Shown piece after piece: positions 37,113 to 50,425 of a stretch of DNA of 64,000 bases; positions within the stretch are counted from its first letter, which is position 1, and each line of letters opens with the position of its first letter. This DNA comes from Geosiphon pyriformis uo1 (Eukaryota > Fungi > Glomeromycota): NCBI GenBank assembly GCA_016748015.1, contig JAAOMT010000436.1, forward strand, positions 2,253,037 to 2,317,036. Reading direction: 5' to 3'. The translations under genes were made by a program, and so were the position numbers. The notes beneath the pieces are model-generated. The model was not told the origin of the DNA. It did not search any database and saw only the letters and a list, made by a program, of their open reading frames with translations.

Positions 37113-39806
37113 TCACTGGATGGTAAGTCTGGAGAGAGCATCGGCGTTTTGATGATTAGCTTCTTTGCGATGTTGAATATCATAGTCAAATTCATCTAAG
37201 TGGAGTATCCAGCAAGTTATCCATTTGTGTTCTAGCCTCTTTTTGTTGCACAGCCAAACCAAAGCTTGGTGATCTGTTACCACCAAAAACTTCACACCAA
37301 GAAGATACTTACTCCAGTAACTGGTGGACCATACTACTGCTAAGCATTCTTGTTCAGTGACTGAATAGTTCTGTTTTGCTGAAGAAAGAATTCTGCTGGC
37401 ATAGGCTATGGCATGTTTTTTGTCATCTTTATTTTTCTGGAAGAGAACAGCACCAAGTCCAAAGCCAGATACATCAGTGTGGAGGATAAAGGGTCGATTT
37501 AGATTTGGTTGCTTGAGGATGGATTCTGTAACCAGTTTTTTCTTTAAAGTTTCAAAGGCTTTTTGCTGATGTGTTCCCCAATGATAATTGACATTTTTTC
37601 TAAGTAGCTGATTGAGAGGAAAGGTGATTTTAGAGAAATTCTTGACAAATTTGCGATAATAAAAGGCCAAACCAAAAAAAGAGCATAGTTTATGAATGTT
37701 CATTAGTTGTTTGATGTTTTGGACTTTTTCAACTTTGGCTGGGTCAAGAAAGATTCTATCTTTTGTGATAAGATGACCAAAAAACTGGGTGGATTGTCTT
37801 CCAAAGAAAGATTTAATTGGGTTGATCTTGAGGCCAGCATTTCTGAGGAGGTCAAAAACCTTTTGCAAATGTTCCAAGTGTTCATCCCAGGTTTTTGAGT
37901 ATACTATTATGTCGTCCAAATAGACTAGAACAAAATTTTCTTTGACTGATTCAAATACTTTATCCATTAAGCATTAAAAGGTGGAAGTGGTGTTGGTGAG
38001 ACCAAAAGGCATGACTGTGAATTCATAGGTGCCATACTTGGTGATGAAGGCAGTTTTTTTTCTACTTTCTGGATTCATCTCTACTTGTCAGAATCCAGCA
38101 GTTAAGTTAATGGTTGAGAAGAAAGCAGCATCTTTGAATTGGTCTAACATTACATCAATCTTGGAAAGTGGGTACATGTCTCTTTCAGTGATGGCATTTA
38201 ATTGGCAGTAGTTAACACAGAAGCATAATGTTTCATCTTTCTTGAATACCACTACAACTGGGAAAGCCCATTCACTCTTGGTTTTTTGTATGAATCCAAG
38301 TTCTTTCATCCGGTTTATTTCTTTCTTGATAAACTCATCATTGTGCCAATTGGATTGATAAGGCTTTAAATGGATGGGTCAAGTTTCTCTGGTGGTAATA
38401 GTGTGTTGTATTACATGGGTACATCCAGGGGTATCACCTTTTTTGGAGATAACTGGGCTATTTCTAGCCAGCAAATTTTTAATGTCTATTTTTCTTTCTT
38501 CTGAGGAGGGTTCTTTTTGTTTTATAGTCAGTGATTAGATCTCAAGTGGTTCATTCTTAAAGAACTTCTGTATTTCTTTCAATTCTTCTCTGGGTATCAA
38601 ACTGATTGGTTCCCAATCTTTGTAATAGATCAGGCATGATTTGTATTTATCACTTGGAGAATACAAGAGTTTATTGCACCAACACTAGACACAAGGACGA
38701 TGCCACCAAAAACTGTATTTGGCTTTCTTGCCAGGTTTTCTTTCAAAAGTTCTTTTAAGAATATCATAATAAGGCCAGCAGATTAGCTTGCCATTTACAA
38801 TGATTCCTTTTTTGTCTGCTTTAACATTATCCAGTGGTTTGTTATTGCTGGTGAAGGTGGTATAGGTGAGTTTAGCAGTTTTTTCTTGCTCTTCTTGTTC
38901 TTCTTCTTCATCACTCTCTTCATCATCTGATTCATCTAATTGTTCTTCTTTTTGGTTTTGTTTAGATACTGGGGAAGTTGTTCAATGGTGACACTTAACC
39001 ACAATGGGTTTCTTACCACATCTGATGGTTAATTTACAAAGTTCATAATCAAGCAAAGCTTTTGCTTTCTTGAGCCATTTATTGTTAACAATGATGGTGT
39101 ATTTCTTAGCTTCAGAAACTTCCATGTCAGTTTCAATGCTAATTCCATTGATGTGGACAGGAACAGCTTTGGCAATACCCAGTTCTTTCTTTTTGTCACC
39201 ATGTATATTGGTCATTGGTTTGGTGGAAGGTTCATCAATCTTTCTACTAATTGCTTTCAAGAAGTGTTTGACAATGACACTAACAGATAATTCACTGTCC
39301 AGAATTAAGTTAATGAAGTATCCAGCCACTTGGGCTTTACAAATCAGAGGGGTGACATTGCTGTTGTCAGCAAGTCCAGCTTGGCGAAAACATTTGTTGG
39401 TTTTTGGTGTCTTTTTCTTTAGGATCAAGAATTTGTGAAGATCCTTTCTGAACTGTGGGTGGGTCATTAACTGGCCAAAGGTAATATGTGCTGGGGTTTC
39501 TATGAGATCTTTGACAACAGAATAGGGTCCAAATTTTTGTACAATTTCTAGGGGTTCTAACTTTGGAGAATTCTTAAAAACTTTAGCCTTTGGTGGCTCA
39601 TTGTTATTAGTGGCAAAAGTTGAGGCTTTGTTGGGGTTTAGAATGAAATCAACCTTAGCTTTCTTCTTCTTTCTGGTTGGTTCTAAGATGTTGATTGCTA
39701 GTTCATCCATGTCATGGTCATCATCAGTTAAGTTAAAAGCGTAAAAGGGGTTTTCTTCTAGTTGGCTTGCACTTTCACCCTTTGGAGGTGCACCTACCAG
39801 TTTAAA
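37113..39806 (-). pseudogene. pol: A4 pol (PR-RT-RH)
   Basis: LILDSELS, YLDD, TDVSG, TDHQAL, NADALSR. Confidence 0.92.
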
Positions 39807-41350
39807 GACTGATAAACAATGGCTTCAACTAGGGGATCCTCTCCAAAGAAATTGATGTTGGCATGATTGGGTCTTTGGTTGGGGACATTGTTGTTGTTGT
39901 TGGGTCTGTTGTTTTGGTTGTCATTGTTTCTGGGAGCTGGAGGAGGCAGTAGAGGATTGTTACAATCTCTTGAATAATGTCTAGTTAATCCACAATGATA
40001 GCACACAGGTGGGCCACAATTTTGCTGTCTTTGATAGGGAGGTTGATGGGACTGGTTAAAACAAAGTTTATATCTAGATCTTGGTAGTTGCTAGTTATTT
40101 CTGACTGCTTGTGCCAATGGTTCTAATAACCAGGCAAAGTTAGCTGTGAGTCTATCTATTAATTGTTCATTTGGGTCTTGGGTTTGGGCAGCAAAAGAAG
40201 TAGCAGCCATTTGAGGAGCAGTGGCCATGGCAGGAGCAGGAGCAAAAACTGGAAGTGTGGATCCCAGATGCATCCTTTGGTTATCTTCAATCTTTTGGAT
40301 GAGTTCAATAGCCATGTCCATTGTAGAGTTGTCTTTCAAAGCCAAGAGAGGCCAAAGAGCATAAGATAAGTCAGTTCTCAATCCTTTTGTAAAGGAATAA
40401 ATCTTTTGTTCTTCTGTCCAGTTTCTTCCAGAGTCTACTCGCTTGATTAACTTTCTGATTGCTTTGACATATTCGGTCATAACTTCACCAGGATCTTGGG
40501 TTCTTCTTTCTAATTCCATGTGCCACTTGGATATCAAGATTGGAGTTTTGAACTTGTTTTCAAACTGGATTGTAAAAAAGGTGTTGTTTTCTCTGGCATT
40601 TGCTGACATCCATCTAATAATTCTTTGATGAGCATTGGCATCAGTTTCTTGTGAGAACCAGGTAGCAAGAGAGCCTTGAAGGTAGCCACCAACAATTTGA
40701 AACTTGTACTCATCATCATATTGGTTGGCTGTAGCAGCTTTCTTAAAGTCATCCAACCATTCAATTGGATCTTGGGAATCACCTCTGAATAATAGTAATG
40801 GGGTGTTATTTCTTTGCCCTAAAGCAGTCTGTATATCTTGGAGGGCAATCAGAATGTTTTGTTGTAGAGGGTCTTAAGCCATTGGTTCAGGTGTAACTGT
40901 TTGTGTGGAGTGTTCTGATTCACTTGAAAAGAGATCAAAAACAGGAGCAGTTTGATAGCTTTCTTCTTTTGTTTCAAAAAGAGTTTCTGTTGATTGATGG
41001 ACAGCAATCCAAATGTGGATTTGATGATTCAGATATTCAAAATCAGGGGGCTGTTGTTCAAAGGTTGCAAAATATAAAAGCTGATTAATACTGTTGTTTC
41101 TTCCTTCAAAGTTGTCTTCAAAATAAGTTTGCTCAAAGTAATAGATTGTATAAGCTGTGTAGGTTTTAGCTGAATGCTCATTCAAGAACCAGTTTCAAAA
41201 GTCTTGGAATTGTCTGCTGGATTGTTTTTCAATGGGAAAGCAAATCAAGCAGGAGAGCAAAGGATTGAGTTCAATAAAGTCTAAATCATTTTTGTTGTGT
41301 GCTTTAAAGTGTTCTTCTGATTGTTGTGGCAGGTATGAATAATTACTCAT
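39794..41350 (-). pseudogene. gag: A4 gag
   Basis: ORFs 40874..41185, 40091..40756 and 39794..40006 (CCHC). Confidence 0.9.
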
Positions 41351-41402
41351 ACAATAGGAAACAAAGTGGATTTTAACAATCTTACAGGGAGCACCACTTT
41401 TA

Positions 41403-42032
41403 TGTTACAGGTTGAAGTAACAAGCTAATGGATAGCAAGGGAGAACAGGATTGTAGGGTGATGGAAATAATCAAAGGGGATTCAATTTCAATGAACAAAT
41501 TAAATGAGTATGGATTCAATATGCGAGATCAGTTTCATAAAATATCTCAGTTACTATTCTTTTCAAAAGATAACAAAGGAATCTGAAGGTAGAGGGATAG
41601 TCCGTACTGTCAACAATTAATCACCACTGGTATAATTCTATGTCTCACGTCAGCACTCTTAGAATTCAATATCAGGTATCAACTTGTGCTCTTCAGTCAT
41701 GTTTATACAAATAGTCTTCAAATACTACAATTATTCAAACAGGAAAAGGCCAACAAGTAATCTTTTATGCTAAGATGTTCAGATACTTGAAGATAGGGAA
41801 AGGGAAATTAGTGATAAGAGAGTGATTGAGATAAAAGTTGTTATTTTTATTTATTTGATTCTTGTCTGAGAGATGATTTTCTACAGCTAAGAGACTTATT
41901 GCTTATATAGCTATTAAAAGTGGTCAATGATCAGATCAATGATCACTATCTAAAAATAGAATGGCTAATTATATGACATCAATGGCTAATACATGTGATA
42001 ATTAATAAAAATTATGGGTTTCAACTGTAACA
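41403..42032 (-). repeat. A4 5' LTR
   Basis: TGTTA...TAACA. Confidence 0.94.
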
Positions 42033-43124
42033 ATATTTTTGTATTGTATTATCCTAAATTATTATGTATTTTTTTGTGTTATTTTGCATTATTACATTTT
42101 TTTTATATTATTATGGTTTTTCCATAACTTTGAATGGGTCTTTCTATATAAGTAATATTATTCCTCTTTTTTAGAATTCAGCTCCTACAAAATTGTATTT
42201 TTATATAATATTCAATTATTTATTAAGTATTGTTTTTTGTAGATTTTCAAATTGTGAGTTTGTTATTTGCTTTATGCTGTTAACTGTAATAGTTTTTAGT
42301 ATACTATTTAGCAATACAACTGGACAGTATTTAAATATAGCATATAGTTAATACGTTGCTTTGTAGTATAATGTTAAATTGTTTTTTTTAACAAATTTTT
42401 TTACTTGTTTAAAAGCTTTTCTGTTGAATATTTATTTGTTAATATCTATGTATAATATTTGTAAGTCTAGTTTTTCACTAATTTTAAAGAATTAATACAC
42501 TAGTAGAAGTCTTTTTTTTCATACTTTGGAGTTTTTTGGTGTCTATTTTTTCATGTTAGAAAGTTTTAATCTCTTAAAAAAAAGCTTATTGGATTTTTTT
42601 TAGTATTAGAAATCACATACTCTTTTTTTTCTTTTTTTCTCATATATAAAAATAAAACATTCAGTTTTTTTTGAATTTTTGTCCATTTTTTTTTGTTCAT
42701 GTCTTTGTATCATATTTTTTTTCTATTAATTGTAATTTCTATTAATGTTGTGATTTGTTGAATTGCTTCAAATAATTGTTTTAAAAGTTTTAATATTTGA
42801 TTTGAAAAATCTATATTAAAAATACTATTGACTTTTTTTTGTTGTCTTAATCTTTATATATACTTAAATTTTCTTAATTAAATAATCATATATTGATTAT
42901 ATTTCAACAATAATAATTGGTTTTAAATCTTATGATATATTTTCTGGTTTAATTAATAAAATTTGTATTCTTAATTAAGATATAGATAACAATAATTCTT
43001 GATTTATATAATAAATTTTTAACTAATTTTCATGTGCTACTTTTTTTAAAATTCTGTTTTTCAATCTTAATTTGTAAGTTTTATTGTCTAAAACTTTATA
43101 TATGTAAAATAGTTTATCTTACTT

Positions 43125-43472
43125 TAGGTGGCTCTGGTTCTTAAGTTGTGGTAGACTTTTTGCATACAAACATTGATTGGTTTAGGTCATCTTTGGTGTG
43201 GCATTCTAATTCACATTTGGTCTCCGACTTTATTAGTAGGAGTACTACTAACACTTGTACTTATTTTATGAAGGCTTTGTATTACTGGCTTTTTATTACT
43301 GTTCATAAGCATTTGTATACCAAAAGTTATCCAAGTGTGGTATTTTTGTTTTGTGGAAATATTGAGGTTTCAGATCATGCTTTCTTCTGTTCATTTAATT
43401 CTGATGTTCATGTTCAGCTGCTGGACACTTATACAGCTGAATGGAGGGTAATTTCTGGTCTGTTTCACTTAG
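43125..43472 (+). mobile_element. LINE C-terminal fragment (zf-RVT-like Cys/His motif), interrupted by C1 and continuing at 63636
   Basis: FMKALYYWL....LY..SYPSVVFLFCGNIEVSDHAFFC resembles the C-terminal CCHC of non-LTR ORF2. Confidence 0.7.
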
Positions 43473-44277
43473 TATTACAGATGATTATTTGGGGTCTCAA
43501 AGCAAATAACAAATCCATAACTTGGTGCTTGGTTGGTATTCTGGTGTTAATATCTGAAGGTTTTGTTGATCTGAAAGTTTTGTTGTGGAGTTTTTTATAT
43601 AATGGACAGAGATTTAATAGTTGTTTTTAGTAGTCTTCCAGAATTGCAATTCTGTCGAATTTCTTTCTCAATGTAATGGCTGGTAATCCTCCTGATAAGC
43701 TATCCTCAAATCTATGAGTGTTCTACCCTTGTTTCACAAGTCTTTTACCAGTCCTTATGACGTCTGTAACTTAGCACTTTAATCCTTAATCAATTTAGTA
43801 AATAACAAAAGAAAATAAAAGAAAATAAAGAAATAAACAAAAGCAATTGCAAGTTAGTATACTGTCAATAGCCATAATCAAAAGCTATTGTTTCAGTGTG
43901 ATTAAGTATTACTATCAACATGAAGTGTTAATAGTGGAAAGTAGATTGAGATGGTGAATAATTATTTATTGATAGTTGTGAATAAAATGTTTGTTTAGAT
44001 CAGATCTAAACTGGAAGATCTCTAACTAAAAAATTTTGTCTTTTTTACTTCTAGTACTACTGCTATATATACATAATCGAAATTCCTCAATTCCTCAATT
44101 CTTCACACCAGAAATCTTAGAATTCCTGAAATCCTGCAATTTCTTATACAAGAATCCTGAAATTTCTGGAATTCTGCAATTTTTCTTGAGAGAAATCCTG
44201 AAATTCCACATTTACTATGGCTACTTCTAATTGGCTAATTTATATGCTAATATACTCCCTATGTTCTATAAGTAATA
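43473..44277 (-). repeat. C1 3' LTR
   Basis: Near-identical to 62804-63635; termini decayed to TATTA..TAATA. Confidence 0.93.
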
Positions 44278-44290
44278 TTATTTCTTCCTT

Positions 44291-44896
44291 TTAATATTGA
44301 GCTTCATCAAGATCTCCTAAATCTCCTAACTCTAATTTACTGTTTTTGAGTATTTTTTGAACTTTTTTTTCAAAAATTACTTGAGTTATTTTGTTCTGTA
44401 ATTTTTCAAATTGGGTATTAGTTATTTTTTTTATTTGGTTAACTATGATAGAGTCTATTCCTGGATAAAATAAGATTTCTGATTTGTCTTAAAATTCTGT
44501 ATGTAGCTAATAGATAGCTTTTACTTGTGTAGTCAAATTGTTTTTTCCCACAAACTATTCTAGTTGTTGTAATATTGTTGTATCAAATAATCACTTTGTT
44601 TTATTCATATATAGGTTTTGAATATTCAAGTATTGTCCCAAGTAGAAATAGCAAAAGTTTCTTAGAAATTTGTGTATCCACCATTTCCAAGTTTTTTTTG
44701 GTCAACTCTTGATATGTGGTGACACTTGTTGGTTCTTTTATTGCTAATTTTATCTTCAGAACTATTTTGTCGATAGTATTTTTTTGGTATCTCAGTATCA
44801 AATGGTTTGTTGATTAATAGTAATTTCTATATTCTGTTGTTGAATTAGTTGGAAAAATTGTTGTGCTAATGAGTGGATATTGTCAGTAATTTCTAT
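44291..44896 (-). pseudogene. C1 ORF3, decayed; homologous to B1 ORF3
   Basis: (M)EITDNIHSLAQQFF vs MNLSDQILKLSKQLF; FVGKNNLT vs FVGKKNLT; ITNTQFEKLQ vs ITNQQFKDLQ. Confidence 0.75.
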
Positions 44897-44919
44897 TTTT
44901 TTGAAGTCTTTTGTCATAT

Positions 44920-46001
44920 TGTTATAGGTAAACTTGGTGGATATAGGAAATGGTAATGTTTTGTGCTTTTAATTATTGATGACGCGTCTTTCACATAATT
45001 CTGTTGGCTTAGTCTTGATTATCAGTCTCTGAAGGTCTATTCCTGGATGTGAATTTACCCGTCAAGTTCTTTGGTTATAAGGCACAGAGTTTGTCTTTCG
45101 TCAATTGTAATGTTTTTTGTTAATGTAAGCTCTCTTTTCTGAGCTAACAAGCACAGTCATTAGAGTCTGGCATTGTCTTTTCACCCTTCTGGTAAGCTAA
45201 CAAGATAAAGTTAATATCCAAAACTTAGGGGAAGCTTCCCTTTTTTACCAGGCTATCACGAAGTCTATTCTCAGACAGTCAATTTTACTATGTTGCCACT
45301 CCACAAAAATAAGACAGAAAAAGAAAGAAAAAGAAAAAGAAAAGAAAAGAAAAGAGAGAAAAGATAAATTAGTATTGTCAATCACCATAATCAAGAGCGA
45401 TTGGTCCAAATCATTAATAGGTTTGAGGTGGTTATGCTAAGAGCATCTGTCTTAGAATGGAGATATAAGATAAGGGTTAATTCACGTAAATTCCACGAAG
45501 TTCGAGAACATCAATTCATGATTCTGATTTCTTTAATAATTGGTTTATTTCAGGAGATGAAAGAGAGAAGATAATAAAAGATGAAGGGGTATGGATATTT
45601 TAATTCTTGTCTAAAGGTTTGTATCTATTTGTCTGTCTTTTCTCACTTTTACAACTACTTGCTTTTATACATTCTTTTGGTTTTACAGGATTGCTTTCAA
45701 TTGTCTCACTATTGCTAACTATTGCTTTGTTGTTTCTGTTATTGCTTTGTTTTTCTATGTTATCGCTAGTTATCCTATGTTATAACACGTTATCTGACAT
45801 TATTACATGTTATTCTGTGTTATCCTGCATTATAACACATTATCCTATGTTATTGCACACTATTCTGTGTTATCCTGTATTATAACACGTTATCCTATGT
45901 TATAATGCATTATCCAATGTTATTGTGTGTTATTCTATGTTATGTCATATTTTGGTCACATTTCTTTATAACTTTGGATCAGTTTTTCTACTCGGGTAAC
46001 A
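44920..46001 (-). repeat. B1 3' LTR (about 1.08 kb)
   Basis: TGTTA...TAACA; near-identical to 54055-55136. Confidence 0.95.
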
Positions 46002-46015
46002 TTATCCCTCTCTTT

Positions 46016-46750
46016 TTAAAATTGAGCTCTTGCAAAACCATATGTATCTGTTATCGTGGCTTTGTTTATGTAATGTTCAATTGTTGCCTCGAGTATTGTC
46101 TTTTGTAGGTCTTTGAACTGTTGATTGGTTATTTGTCTTATGTTATTAACCATTATGGTTTTCATAGATCCATTCAGTAGTACATTTGGACAATGTTGAA
46201 AGGTGGCATATAGTTGGTATGCTGCTTTGTAATATAGGGTCAGGTTTTTTTTCCCTACAAATTTTTCTACTTGTTGTATTGCTTCTTTGTTGAATGTTTT
46301 CTGGCTGAAGTTTTTGTATGGTGTTTTCAAGTCAAGCTGTTTTTCAATTTTATAGAACCAATTAGCTGGAAAAAGTCTTTTTTTCCATTCCTGGGGATTG
46401 TCAAGTGTCCACTTCTCTGTTTTGGGGAGTTCAGTTTCACGAGCTAAAGCTTCTTTTATTTTTTTGAGCTTGGGGACCAAGTATCTTCTTTTGTAATCTT
46501 TTTCTTGTTCTTTGTCTCCTTCTTTTCCACCTCCCACCTGAAAACAATTTTTCCTCCAACATTGCCTTTCAGGTGGTGGGTAGGGGAAGGAATGTTTAGT
46601 TCTAATTGAACTCTTGTCCTCCCTTCTCCTGCTCTTATCTTTGTACCATATCTCTTTTTTATCAATTGTTATTTCTATTTGAGATGTCAATTTTTGAATT
46701 GTTTCAAATAATTGTTTAGATAATTTTAAAATTTGATCTGAAAGGTTCAT
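46016..46750 (-). CDS. B1 ORF3, intact 244-aa accessory protein of unknown function
   Basis: Open ATG-to-stop ORF between the integrase stop and the PPT; homologue in C1 and B0; TATATATA 46 nt upstream. Confidence 0.78.
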   Translation of the reverse strand: MNLSDQILKLSKQLFETIQKLTSQIEITIDKKEIWYKDKSRRREDKSSIRTKHSFPYPPPERQCWRKNCFQVGGGKEGDKEQEKDYKRRYLVPKLKKIKEALARETELPKTEKWTLDNPQEWKKRLFPANWFYKIEKQLDLKTPYKNFSQKTFNKEAIQQVEKFVGKKNLTLYYKAAYQLYATFQHCPNVLLNGSMKTIMVNNIRQITNQQFKDLQKTILEATIEHYINKATITDTYGFARAQF

Positions 46751-46830
46751 GTTGAAATTTCTATTGTTTCTTGCTGCTTTTTAGATGCTATATATATTTG
46801 AATTTCCCAATTTAATTTGCTGCCCATTGT

Positions 46831-48198
46831 CTACATTTCAATGACAATGATTGGTTCCAGATCTCATGGTATATCTTCTGGTCTGATTAATGAAATTTGT
46901 GTTCTTAGTTGAGGTACTGATAACAATGATTTTTGTTTTACATGATAAATTTTTAACCAATTTTCATGTGCTACTTTCTTTAAAATCCTGTCTTCCAATT
47001 ATAATTTGTAAGCTCTATTTCCTAATGCTTCATGTATGTGGAATAGATCATCCCACTTTGGGTCAAACTTTCCACTCCACTGTTTCTCAGCTTTTGTACG
47101 ATGTAACAGTACTTGGTTTCCAATCTTGAATTCCATTGGTTGTTCTGATAGGTGTTTATCATGTCTTTCTTTTTGTCATTTTTAAGTGTGACTAATATTG
47201 TCAGCTGCTGTTTTTCGATTGTTTTCCAATGTTTTCATTAGCTGGTATGTTCTTTGGTGTAAGGTAGCTTCAAAATTCTCTTCATTGATTGTTTTTGTTG
47301 GGTATGATGGTATTACTCGTTCAATTGGTAACGTAGCTTTTCTTCCATAAACTAGTTCAAATGGTGTGAACTGAGTCATATTTTGTTTTAATGTTCAGTA
47401 TGCAAAGAGTACAGAAGGTATAAATAAGTCCCATTCTTGTCTGTTTTCATGACTTATTTTTGCTAGTGCTTCACACAGTGTTCTGTTAAATTGTTCTATC
47501 AGCCCGTTCATTTGTGAGTGGTATAATGACAATAAGAGTTTCTTTATTCCAAACTGTTGGCTTAGTTCAATCAGTGTATTATTAATGAAGTGTGTTCCCT
47601 GATCAGATAATAATTCTTTCGGACATCCATGTCAGCAAATTAGGTCTTGATGCACAAATTTGGCTACTGTTTTGGCATCAGCCACTTGGATTGCTCTGGC
47701 TTCTGGTCATTTTGTAAGATAGTTTATGACTACAGCAATATAGCAATTTCCTTGGGATGTAATTGAAAGGGGCCCAACCAAATCAATCTCGATTCTATCA
47801 AATGGATTTCCAACTGGAATGGGTCAAAGTGGTTTTGTTGATCTTGCTCCTCCTTTTCGTTGGTATGCGTTATAATTGAGCACATATTCAAAAATGTCTT
47901 TATATATTGTTAGCCAATAGTATAAGTTTAGTGTTCTTTCGAGGGTAGCATTTTTGTTAAAGTATTCTGCAGTCAGATCTGAGTGCATGCTATATAGTAT
48001 AGTTTCTCTTTCACTGTTCTTGATTAGTCATTGTAAGTTGGGGTAATTTTGGCATTCTCGTCAATATAGTTGGTTGTCTTGAATAAAATAATTTCAGGCT
48101 TGTTTTCATATGGTACTCTGTTCCTGTTGAGATAATATCTCCTTAAAACATAGTGTCAATAGATACTGATGTAGTCATTGATAAGTGAGTGTGTCCAT
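46831..48198 (-). pseudogene. B1 integrase, separate ORF (MDTLTY...)
   Basis: IDLVGP, SDQG, TPFELVYG; ends DLEPIIVIEM*. Confidence 0.88.
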
Positions 48199-48208
48199 GG
48201 GTCTGAGA

Positions 48209-49654
48209 TTAGGTTTGTGGCATTCTTGACAAACTGTCGGCATTGGTGTTCTTGGATCCTTCCTTGTAATGGACTTCGAGTGGGAATTGTTGCAGATAAG
48301 TACTTCATCTTGCATATTTTCTTTCTAGTTGTGGATTGTTGAGTAACCAAATAAGTCCTTTGTGGTCAGTATATAGGTCAAATGGTTGACTGAAGTAATG
48401 TTTTCAAGTCTATATGGCCCAATAAATAGCAAGACATTCCAGATCTGTTGTGCTGTAATTTTTTTCTACTGGACTAGTGCTGTGACTAGCATAGACAACT
48501 GGGTGTTCTTTATTGTCTAGTCTTATCTGTAATAAGACTGCTTTTAGAGCATTTTTTGAGGCGTCCATAGTGACAATAAACTGTTTAGTGAAATCTGGAT
48601 AAATCAGGATTGGGGATGTGATCAATCACTACTTGAGATAGTCGAATGCTTTTTGTTGATCTTTCTTCCACAAGTACAGTACGTATTTGGACAACAATTG
48701 ATGGAGTGGTTTTGCAATGTTCAAAAAACCTTTGACAAATCGACGATAATATTTTGCCAATCTTAGAAATCCTCGTAATTCTCTAAAGTTGATTGGGGCT
48801 GGAAAATCCTTGACTTTTTGTACTTTATCTGGATCGGGTTTAACTCCATTCTTGCTGATTACATGTCCTAGGAATTTTAACTCAGTTTTTCCAAAGAAGC
48901 ACTTTTCAGGATTGAGTTTCAATCCAGCACTATAAAGGCATTTGAAGATTTGTTGTAGGTAGAGCAGATAGTCATCGAATGTTTTGGAGAACACATTTGT
49001 GTCATCTAGATAGACTACTACTAATTTCCAAAGAATTCCTTTGTATACTACATCCATCAGGCATTGAAATATGGCAGGAGCATTACAAAGTCCAAAAGGC
49101 ATTACATTAAACTCAAAGTTTCTATCTCAAGTGGTAAACGCTGTTTTTCCTTTGTTTTTGGGGTCCATTTCAACTTGCCAGTAACCACTTGCTAAATTTA
49201 ATAACAAGAACCATTTCTTTTTCTCTAAATTGTCCAGAATTTCCTGGATAAGGGGAGTGAGATAACTATCTCCTTGTGTAATGCTATTTAATTTTTGATA
49301 ATTTATGCAGAATTGTACTTTTCCATTTTTCTTGGTGACCAAAACTACTGGAGAAGACCAAGAGCTTAACAATTCTTTGATTAGGCTGTTATTAAGTATT
49401 TATTGCACTTCTTGCTTAATTAAGTTATTACCAGATGGGGGTACATGGTAAGCTCGTTGCTTAATCGGTCGAGCATCTCCCGTATCAATCTGATGCTTTA
49501 TAATGTTGGTGCATCTGAACTCATTTTCACTGGCAAAGACATTGGCATACGGATTCAGAAGGACTTTGAATTGCATTTGTTGCAGAATACTTAAATTTCC
49601 TAAATTCAATTTATTGATCTCTTTTGGTGTGAACAAGTAACTTTTTTTTGGCAA
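48209..49654 (-). pseudogene. pol: B1 RT-RNase H
   Basis: WSSPVVLV, MPFGLCNAP, YLDD, TMDAS, NADSLSR. Confidence 0.92.
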
Positions 49655-50034
49655 ATTTCATACTTGTAAGGTAATGTTACAGAATAAGAATAATTGTGTG
49701 AAATTTGGAATGGACTGGGGTTTTTCAGAATTTTGAATATCTACGAATATGAAACTGATAAGGGTCCCTTCGGGAATTTCAATGACATCTTCTGTTAGGT
49801 TGTGGATGGGGATTTTGAAGTGTTTATGGGCTTTGGCTAGTAGGTATAGATTAGCAACATCAGCTAGAGAACAGATTTTAGGACTGGCTTCAAATAACAG
49901 GGCTTGATCTTGGATCTTTTAATTTATCTTGAGGATGTATTGTCAGTATAGAGGAATGGAAATAATGATGTCAGTGTTTATAAATTCTATTTGGTCACTG
50001 TTTTCTTCCATGAAATTAACTGGTACATTTCCTC

Positions 50035-50425
50035 TTCCACTTGATCCAAACCCATTGATTCCTCGGACAGTGAGGCCTAACTCTTTTCGGGTTGTTACCA
50101 GGATTAATTGGGGTATTTTGACTAGGGGTAGGAAGATAGCTTGGGCAATCTTTTCTTGTGATTCTATTTTGTAGAGTCTATCCAAATTGTCCTGTAGCAT
50201 CACGATAATGTTTCCCATGTAACTGGCATCAATGATTCCTTCTTTTACATCGATTTTTTTCTTGGCTAGACTAGATCGAGAGGCAACTTGTATTATTGTA
50301 CTAACAAAAATTTCTAACACTATCTTAAGATTTATTTTTACAAAGGAATGTGGGACTATAATAATAGATGATTGTCTGGGGTATCATAGGTCAAAACTGG
50401 CATCAGTGTCATGCACTCTTTTGGG
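50035..50425 (-). pseudogene. B1 trimeric dUTPase domain between PR and RT
   Basis: Motifs I-V: DASFDL, RSSLA, GIIDASYMG, KIAQ, RGINGFGSSG. Confidence 0.92.

Larger units (their letters stand above)
34422..42032 (-). mobile_element. Family A copy A4, full-length, TSD ATAT
   Basis: LTRs 34422-35063 and 41403-42032; PBS 41380-41396; TSD 34418-34421 / 42033-42036. Confidence 0.96.
33556..43120 (-). mobile_element. Highly decayed family B relic B0: 3' LTR (33556-34421 + 42033-42157, split by A4), PPT, ORF3 remnant, integrase tail
   Basis: Starts TGTTATAGGTAAACTT like B1; 42160-43100 is colinear with 46002-47050. Confidence 0.8.

Noticed and set aside
43148-43630. 160-aa ORF as a host gene
   Set aside because: LINE C-terminal fragment reading into the C1 LTR
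45607-45885. Hydrophobic membrane-like ORF (also 54742-55020)
   Set aside because: Antisense translation of T-rich U3 repeats; duplicated only because it lies in the LTR; TTG start
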